Assembly (NCBI GenBank): GCA_019244185.1
Contig: JAFATB010000014.1
Coordinates: forward strand, 640,001 to 704,000
Direction of reading: 5' to 3'
DNA from: Acidobacteriota bacterium
GTDB lineage: Bacteria; Acidobacteriota; Thermoanaerobaculia; Gp7-AA8
DNA length: 64,000 nucleotides
Shown here piece by piece: positions 58,215 through 64,000 of the stretch; position 1 is the first letter of the stretch, and each line of letters begins with the position of its first letter. A program made the translations under genes and the position numbers. The notes under the pieces are model-generated. The model saw nothing but the letters and a program-made list of their open reading frames with translations, had not been told where the DNA came from and ran no database searches.

Positions 58215-59384
58215 ATGCGGCGTGGCGCTCTCCTGTCGAGCATCGCGGCGTTGCGGTGGAGCGGAAACGTACGCACCACGCTCTACCGCGAGCTGCGCTG
58301 TCTGATCACCGGCGGTCATCTGCGCGCCGGCTCGCGCCTTCCGTCCACGCGCATGCTGGCCCGCGACCTCGGCATCTCGCGCAATTCCGTGCTCGCCGCC
58401 TTCGAGCGCCTGACCGCGGAGGGCCTCATCGTGTCGCGGCACGGAAGCGGTTCGTTCGTGAGCCGCTTCGCCGCCGGAAAGAAACCGCATCGCGCCGCGA
58501 TCGAACACGATCCGCACCTGCGCGTCGCGCGCCGCAGAGAGACGTCCGAGCCGCGCGACGTCCGTCCGGCAGCCGAGCACTTCCCGCTCGACGCGTGGCA
58601 GCGATGCATGCGAGCCGTCGCCAACAGCCTCGTCGCCGGCGATCTGCACCACGACGTCGCGCCGGCGCTGCAATGCGCGATCGCCGAGCATCTCGCCGCG
58701 ACGCGCGGCGTGCGCTGCGATGCGCGACAGGTCGCGGTCTTCAACACGAAGCGCGAGGCGATCGAATTCGCGATGCGCGTCGCGACTGATCGCGGCGACG
58801 CGGTCGCGTCGACCGATCCCGACGACCTCGTCGAACTCGCGACCGTCCTCGGCGTGCGTGTCGTCGATCGCGACGCGACGCCTCAGCTGATGCATTGCAC
58901 CTCGTTCGCGGAGTCGAGGCGCGACGTCCTCGCGATCGCGTCGCGCGCACACGCGTGGGTGCTCGAGGACGATGCGTACGGTCATTTCGCCACCGACCCG
59001 ACGCTGTACTCCGGCGACCGGCACGGCCGCGTGCTTTACCTCGGCACGTTCGCCGACGTCCTGCATCCCGTCGAGATCGCGTTCCTCGTGCTGCCGGAGC
59101 GCCTCGCGACGAGCGTGCGTAGCGGCGTATCCGTCTTCGACCAGCACGTGCTCGCGGCGTTCATCGCCGGCGGATATCTCGCCGCCCACATGCGCCGCCT
59201 TCGCGCGATGATCGCCGCGCGCCGGGAAGCCTTGCTGCGCGATCTATGTGCGACCGGCTGCGAGATCATCGTGCGGCCCCTCCACATCGAATTGCGCGGT
59301 GACCGCGACACGACGCGCATCCCTCTCGCCGATCTCTTCCCGCCGAACGCGGACGCGATCACCGGCAGCCGGCGCATCGCGTGA
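58215..59384 (+). CDS. GntR/MocR family regulator, shortened with a degenerate PLP domain
   Basis: RLPSTRMLARDLGISRNSV wHTH; WVLEDDAYG; GTFADVLHP where GTFSK is typical. Confidence 0.8.
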   Translation: MRRGALLSSIAALRWSGNVRTTLYRELRCLITGGHLRAGSRLPSTRMLARDLGISRNSVLAAFERLTAEGLIVSRHGSGSFVSRFAAGKKPHRAAIEHDPHLRVARRRETSEPRDVRPAAEHFPLDAWQRCMRAVANSLVAGDLHHDVAPALQCAIAEHLAATRGVRCDARQVAVFNTKREAIEFAMRVATDRGDAVASTDPDDLVELATVLGVRVVDRDATPQLMHCTSFAESRRDVLAIASRAHAWVLEDDAYGHFATDPTLYSGDRHGRVLYLGTFADVLHPVEIAFLVLPERLATSVRSGVSVFDQHVLAAFIAGGYLAAHMRRLRAMIAARREALLRDLCATGCEIIVRPLHIELRGDRDTTRIPLADLFPPNADAITGSRRIA

Positions 59385-59415
59385 GCGTGATCATCCGTGT
59401 GGCCGGTGGATCGCG

Positions 59416-60159
59416 TCACCGCGCCCATTGGCTGGTACTGCGGAAGCGGCCGTGTTCTTTCGCGAAGACGAGATAGCGGTGAGCGAGTGCGTTGTCGTAC
59501 GGTCGATTGCGTCCGTCGACGACGTCGTAGACGACGTAGGTCCGCGCCTTCATGAAGGTCACGACGTCATGGAAGTCGGGGAATCCTGGCCGGAAGTGGA
59601 AGAAGGATGTCTCGATGATCACGATTTCACACGATGCGAGCAGCTCGCGCGCGCCTTCCAGTACATCGAGCTCGGCACCTTGTGCGTTGATTTTCAGCAG
59701 CACGTCTCCCCGTATGTCGAGCTCGCGCGCGACATCGTCGAGGCGGACGACGGGAACCTGGCGGATTTCGCCCTGCACCTCACCCGCGAGAAATGAGCTG
59801 CCGCCCGGATCTTCATCGACGTAGAGAGGGAACGTGCCTGCAATTCTGCCGGCGCCCGCGATGACGCACGCGCCGCCGCGTCGTCCGGTCCGCTCACGTA
59901 GTGCCTGCTCGTGTTCCCTCAACGGCTCGATGCACAGCAGCCGGCTACGATCGAAGACGTCGAGCGCGGGCGTGCCCTGCGCCGCGCCGACATCGACCAC
60001 CCACGATGGCGCGTAGCCCAGCCTCGCGAGATGCGAGAGCGCGTCGTGCATCGATTGGCGAACCGGCGTGACGGCGTCCGGGTCGAGGCGCGGAATCCGT
60101 CGGACTTCGACCCCGAGCAGGGCGAGCCCGCGTCGTACCCAGGACTTGATCGTTCTCAT
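59416..60159 (-). CDS. FkbM family methyltransferase
   Basis: VVDVGAAQG, CIEP, VVRLDD, LLKINAQGAELDVLEGA. Confidence 0.9.
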   Translation of the reverse strand: MRTIKSWVRRGLALLGVEVRRIPRLDPDAVTPVRQSMHDALSHLARLGYAPSWVVDVGAAQGTPALDVFDRSRLLCIEPLREHEQALRERTGRRGGACVIAGAGRIAGTFPLYVDEDPGGSSFLAGEVQGEIRQVPVVRLDDVARELDIRGDVLLKINAQGAELDVLEGARELLASCEIVIIETSFFHFRPGFPDFHDVVTFMKARTYVVYDVVDGRNRPYDNALAHRYLVFAKEHGRFRSTSQWAR

Positions 60160-60293
60160 CGTTTCCGTGACTCGCGCGAGCCGAGTTCGTTTGCGAGAGG
60201 GCTGGAACGCTCGATGTTAACGTACGTCTCCCTTCGCGAGACGCCGCTCTGCGATGGCGGCTGCGCGGCGCCGCTTCACGTGCAATCCACGGA

Positions 60294-60337
60294 CGCAAGG
60301 ATGCGGGGCCCGTGTCCGCGGGCCCCGCATCCTTGCG
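60294..60337. terminator. Long GC hairpin just downstream of the SBBP gene
   Basis: Perfect 19-bp stem CGCAAGGATGCGGGGCCCG with 6-nt loop; no U-tract. Confidence 0.6.
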
Positions 60338-60338
60338 C

Positions 60339-62426
60339 TCAGGGGTTCGTGATCTTCGTGACGAACGCGTCGACGTCGCCGCCGCCGTACGTGTTCTGGA
60401 TGGAACTGCCGGAGGTGCCGGGGAAGCTCGTGGAGCTCGTCCAGCCGGTGAGATACGCGGCGCCGGAGCCGTCGACCGCGATGCGCACACCGAAGTCGTC
60501 GCCCGTGTCGCCGAGGAACGTCGACTGCACGATCGCCGAGCCAGCGGCATTGAGCTCGGTGAAGAACGCGTCGATGCCTCCCGCGTTGGCGGACTGGATC
60601 GAACCGCCGCTCACGCCGGGAAACGACGTGGAGAGCGTCGAGCCGACGATGTAGACGTTGCCCGAGCCATCGACGCCGACGCAGCCGACGAACGTCGCGT
60701 CGATGTCGGCGTCGCCGAGGAACGTCGACCAGGAGATCGCCGAGCCGGCCGCATTCAGCTTCGTGACGAAGATGTCGAGCGAGCCTGCGTTGGCCGGTTG
60801 CAGCGAGCCGCCGCTCACGCCCGGGAACGACGTGGAGTCCGTGTTGCCGACGACGACGGCGTTGCCGGAGCCGTCCACGGCGATGCCGTTGCCGACGTCC
60901 ATGCCGCTGTCGCCGAGGAAAGTGGAGTAGACGATGGAGGAGCCGGCGGCGTTGATCTTCGTGACGAATGCGTCGAGCCCGCCGCCGTTTGCGCTCTGGA
61001 TCGAGCCGCCGCTGACGCCGGGAAAGCTCGTGGAATCCGTCTGTCCGGTGACGTACGCATTGCCCGAGCCGTCGACGGCGACCATGTTGGCGACTTCGTC
61101 GCCGCTGTCGCCGAGGTAGGTCGCCCAGGCGACGGTGCCGGTGGAGCCGACTCTCGCCACGAACGCGTCGCCGTTGCCGCCGATGCTCGACTGCACGGCA
61201 TTGAGCACGGGGAAGTCGCTCGAGGCTGTCGAGCCGGCGACGTACGCATCGCCGCTGCTCGTCACGGCCAGCTCCTGCGCGACGTCGTCCGCGCTGCCGC
61301 CGAGGTACGTCGACCAGAGGATGGACGAGCCGGTGGAGTCGAGCGCGGTGAGGAACGCGTCGCGCGTGCCGCCGCCGTACGACGGCTGATAGGAGCCGCC
61401 GCTGACGCCGGGGAACGAACCGGTCGTGCCGCCCGCGACGTACGCGTTGCCGGAGCCGTCGACACCGATGCCCTGGCCATAGTCGGTGCCGCTGCCGCCG
61501 AGGAACGTCGAGTAGACGATGGCGGTGCCCGCGGCGTTGATCTTGGTCACGAACGCGTCGTAGTCGCCGCCGTTCGCCGGCTGGAGCGAGCCGCCGCTCA
61601 CACCGGTGAACGACGTCGATTCGACGAGGCCGGTCAGGTACGCGTTGCCGTCTCCATCGACGGCGATGGACAGGCCTTCGTCCGCGGCGCTGTCGCCGAG
61701 GTACGTCGAGTACGCGATCGTCGGATCGATGACGAGCGGCTGGTTGCGATCATGACGTCCGATGGCGAAGCCGACCTGCCGATGAGCGTCGAGCGTGTAG
61801 CGCCCATCGATCCGCCGCCGATGGCCGTCGATGTCCTGATAGACGTCCGGCCGCGGCTGCACGAGATCGCCGGCCGCGGTCTGCAGCACGAGATCGCCGT
61901 TGGGCGCGAGGTGGAGGGCCCGCGCGCCGTCGAACGCCATGCGGATCTGCCGCGCGTTCGCGCCCGGCGCGAGAACGAAGTCGTACTCAAGGCGCTGCCG
62001 GTTGCCGTGATAGAGGAGATCGATGCCGGGATAGACACTCTCGTAGCGCACCCTCCCGTAATTCGGGACGCCTGTATGCCACTGCGAGGCGTCGTTGCCG
62101 TGGAAGTAGTTCGTTTTCGTCGCGAGCGGCTCTTCGCCCGCAATCCGCGGCGTCGCGTTCGCGCCGCTGAGACGCCAGCGGACGGCCGCGCCGTCGAGCT
62201 TCACGATCGCTTCGCGCTGCGTGAAGAAGACGCTGTAACCCTGGCCGCGGCTGAGGAAGCGGACCTCCGGATCCGCCTGCCCGCGATTCGCCTCGAAGAC
62301 GAGCGGCAATTTTCCGTACGCACCCGCGATCCGGGCGTGCTCCACCGCGCGCGGCGCGCCCAGGGCGGCCGTGGCGAGCAACGCGCTCGCCGTCAGTACC
62401 GAGAGTGACTGCAGAGAAAGACGCAT
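60339..62426 (-). CDS. Secreted SBBP (seven-bladed beta-propeller) repeat protein
   Basis: FEANRGQ...YPGIDL...LEYDF N-terminal domain; about 7 repeats of YSTFLG...IAVDGSGNAYVTG.T.S..FP...DAFVTK. Confidence 0.93.
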   Translation of the reverse strand: MRLSLQSLSVLTASALLATAALGAPRAVEHARIAGAYGKLPLVFEANRGQADPEVRFLSRGQGYSVFFTQREAIVKLDGAAVRWRLSGANATPRIAGEEPLATKTNYFHGNDASQWHTGVPNYGRVRYESVYPGIDLLYHGNRQRLEYDFVLAPGANARQIRMAFDGARALHLAPNGDLVLQTAAGDLVQPRPDVYQDIDGHRRRIDGRYTLDAHRQVGFAIGRHDRNQPLVIDPTIAYSTYLGDSAADEGLSIAVDGDGNAYLTGLVESTSFTGVSGGSLQPANGGDYDAFVTKINAAGTAIVYSTFLGGSGTDYGQGIGVDGSGNAYVAGGTTGSFPGVSGGSYQPSYGGGTRDAFLTALDSTGSSILWSTYLGGSADDVAQELAVTSSGDAYVAGSTASSDFPVLNAVQSSIGGNGDAFVARVGSTGTVAWATYLGDSGDEVANMVAVDGSGNAYVTGQTDSTSFPGVSGGSIQSANGGGLDAFVTKINAAGSSIVYSTFLGDSGMDVGNGIAVDGSGNAVVVGNTDSTSFPGVSGGSLQPANAGSLDIFVTKLNAAGSAISWSTFLGDADIDATFVGCVGVDGSGNVYIVGSTLSTSFPGVSGGSIQSANAGGIDAFFTELNAAGSAIVQSTFLGDTGDDFGVRIAVDGSGAAYLTGWTSSTSFPGTSGSSIQNTYGGGDVDAFVTKITNP

Positions 62427-62607
62427 GAACCCTCCTTTTTTAGAACCGATGGAAGGGCCAACGGTGTATGGCCATGCGTCATTCCGGCCTTATTTCTTTT
62501 TGTGATGCGGTGGCTCGATGCTGCCTCGCGCGTTCCCATTCGACCCGCGCCGCATCCAACGTCGTGGCGCAGACGCCGAACAGCGTCTGCGCCACGGTTC
62601 AATCACA

Positions 62608-64000
62608 TCAGGGGAAGCAGTCGCCTTCGTCGCCGGCGTCGTTGGCCCAGATCGAGAAGTCGCTGAAGCTCGTGCCGAGCGACGACCGGCCGAACCAGCG
62701 GACCAGCGTGAGGTCGGGGGTGGCGGTGAGGCTGGCCATGCCGAGCGGCCGTCCGTACAGCAGGTCGAGCTTTCCGTCGCCGGTCGTGTCGCCGAGGCGG
62801 AACAGGTCGCCGGCGTCACCGGCGTCGTTGGCCCACGTCGTCACGTTGCCGAACGACGAGCCGGTCGACGGGCGGAAGAACCACGTCACGCCGAAGCTCG
62901 AGTTCACGCGGCCGTAGACCAGGTCGGCCTTGCCGTCGCCGTTCGCATCGCCGACGTACAGCAGGTCGCCGTCGTTGCCGGCGTCGGTGTTCCACGTCTC
63001 GAGCTTGCCGAACTTGGTGCCGTCGGAGCGGCGGACGAACCACGTCACTTCCGTCGGCGAGACCGCGCGCGCGTACACGAGGTCGGCTTTCTTGTCTTTG
63101 TCGACGTCGGCGACGAAGAACAGATCGCCGACGTCGCCCGCATCCTCGGCCCACGTGGTGAAGTTGCCGAAGCTGCTGCCGTTCGACTTGCGCACGAACC
63201 AGCGCACCGTGTTCTCGTCGAGCGGACGTCCGTAGACGAGATCCGCGCGGCCGTCGTTGTTGACGTCGGCGAGGCGGAAGATGTCGCCCGAGTCGCCGGC
63301 GTCTTCGGCCCACGTGGTGAAGTCGCCGAAGCCGCTGCCGTTCGAGAGGCGCACGAACCACGTCACCTGATTCGTCGCTTCGATGCGGCCGTAGACGAGG
63401 TCCGCGCGGCCGTCGTTGTTGACGTCGCCGGTGAGGAAGATGTCGCCCGCGTTTCCGGCGTCAGGGGCCCAGGTGGTGAAGTTGCCGAACGCCGAGCCGC
63501 TCGAGTTGCGCTCGAACCACTGCATGACGTTCGGCGACGAGAGGCGGCCGTACGTGAGATCGGCTTTCTTCCCGGCGTCTCCGTCGAGATTGGCGAGCGG
63601 CGCGAAGTGATTGCGCAGCTGCACGGCGCTCTCGAGAACGCGCCGTTCCGAGTGCACGCTGAAGAAACGGTCGCGCGTGGCGCGCTGAGGCATGGTGAGA
63701 CCCCACGACGCGCCGCTGGACATCGTGTGGAAGTTCACGTTCATGTCTTTGGTGTCGGTGAAGGCGTCGTCGCAGCCGATCGTGATCGCGTCGTCCGCGG
63801 CGTTGCAGTGGTCGAGGCCGAGGACGTGTCCGAGCTCGTGGCTGGCGGTGTGCGAGATGCCGTTGGCGATGCGCGCCGTGGTCGCATTCGAACCGGTGAA
63901 GTTCCCGTCGTCGGCGAAGCTGCCGGAGTACACCTCCAGCGCGCTCTCCATCATCTCGTTGAAGCTGCCGATGCCGGTGCAATCACCTTTCTCGCAGCAG
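62608..64000 (-). CDS. Zn metalloprotease (metzincin) with FG-GAP/VCBS-like repeats (5' end outside window)
   Basis: HELGHVLGLDH, Met-turn FHTMSS, about 5-6 repeats of DVNNDGRADLVYGR...WFVR.S.GS.FG.FTTWA.DAG. Confidence 0.9.
   Translation of the reverse strand, partial: CCEKGDCTGIGSFNEMMESALEVYSGSFADDGNFTGSNATTARIANGISHTASHELGHVLGLDHCNAADDAITIGCDDAFTDTKDMNVNFHTMSSGASWGLTMPQRATRDRFFSVHSERRVLESAVQLRNHFAPLANLDGDAGKKADLTYGRLSSPNVMQWFERNSSGSAFGNFTTWAPDAGNAGDIFLTGDVNNDGRADLVYGRIEATNQVTWFVRLSNGSGFGDFTTWAEDAGDSGDIFRLADVNNDGRADLVYGRPLDENTVRWFVRKSNGSSFGNFTTWAEDAGDVGDLFFVADVDKDKKADLVYARAVSPTEVTWFVRRSDGTKFGKLETWNTDAGNDGDLLYVGDANGDGKADLVYGRVNSSFGVTWFFRPSTGSSFGNVTTWANDAGDAGDLFRLGDTTGDGKLDLLYGRPLGMASLTATPDLTLVRWFGRSSLGTSFSDFSIWANDAGDEGDCFP

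Noticed and set aside
60345-63600. DNA tandem repeats as mobile, CRISPR or DGR elements
   Set aside because: They are in-frame protein repeats (SBBP, FG-GAP-like); no reverse transcriptase or adenine-specific TR/VR pattern was seen.

Overview
High-GC bacterial chromosomal window with about 50 genes. The ADOP-type permease and the secreted proteins with 'PGANGTSWATDV'-type modules, SBBP, PKD and FG-GAP repeats suggest an Acidobacteriota (Thermoanaerobaculia-like) genome; this is an inference. Positions 1-43 kb are mostly housekeeping and envelope genes: a CPA2 antiporter, many peptidases, a ChvI/ChvG-like two-component system, dnaK-hspR with HAIR-like operators, a cold-shock protein, an orphan ketosynthase, DacB, and tRNA-Lys plus tRNA-Glu. 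Downstream of the tRNAs is an accessory-looking region. Its best candidate for an undescribed system is a membrane-anchored TPR-CHAT (caspase-like) protease transcribed head-to-head with an ECF sigma / ZAS anti-sigma / two secreted-protein operon, followed by a MacAB/ADOP-type exporter. Other unusual items: (1) a prophage-free cI/cro-like switch whose LexA-type domain has lost its catalytic residues; (2) a convergent pair of paralogous small RHH-like proteins behind a structured leader; (3) two families of intergenic palindromic repeats, one of which truncates a gene while the other appears to encode a lipoprotein signal peptide; (4) many apparent leaderless promoters. No CRISPR array, integrase, transposase or rRNA was seen. 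All calls come from motif recognition by eye; no database searches were run.
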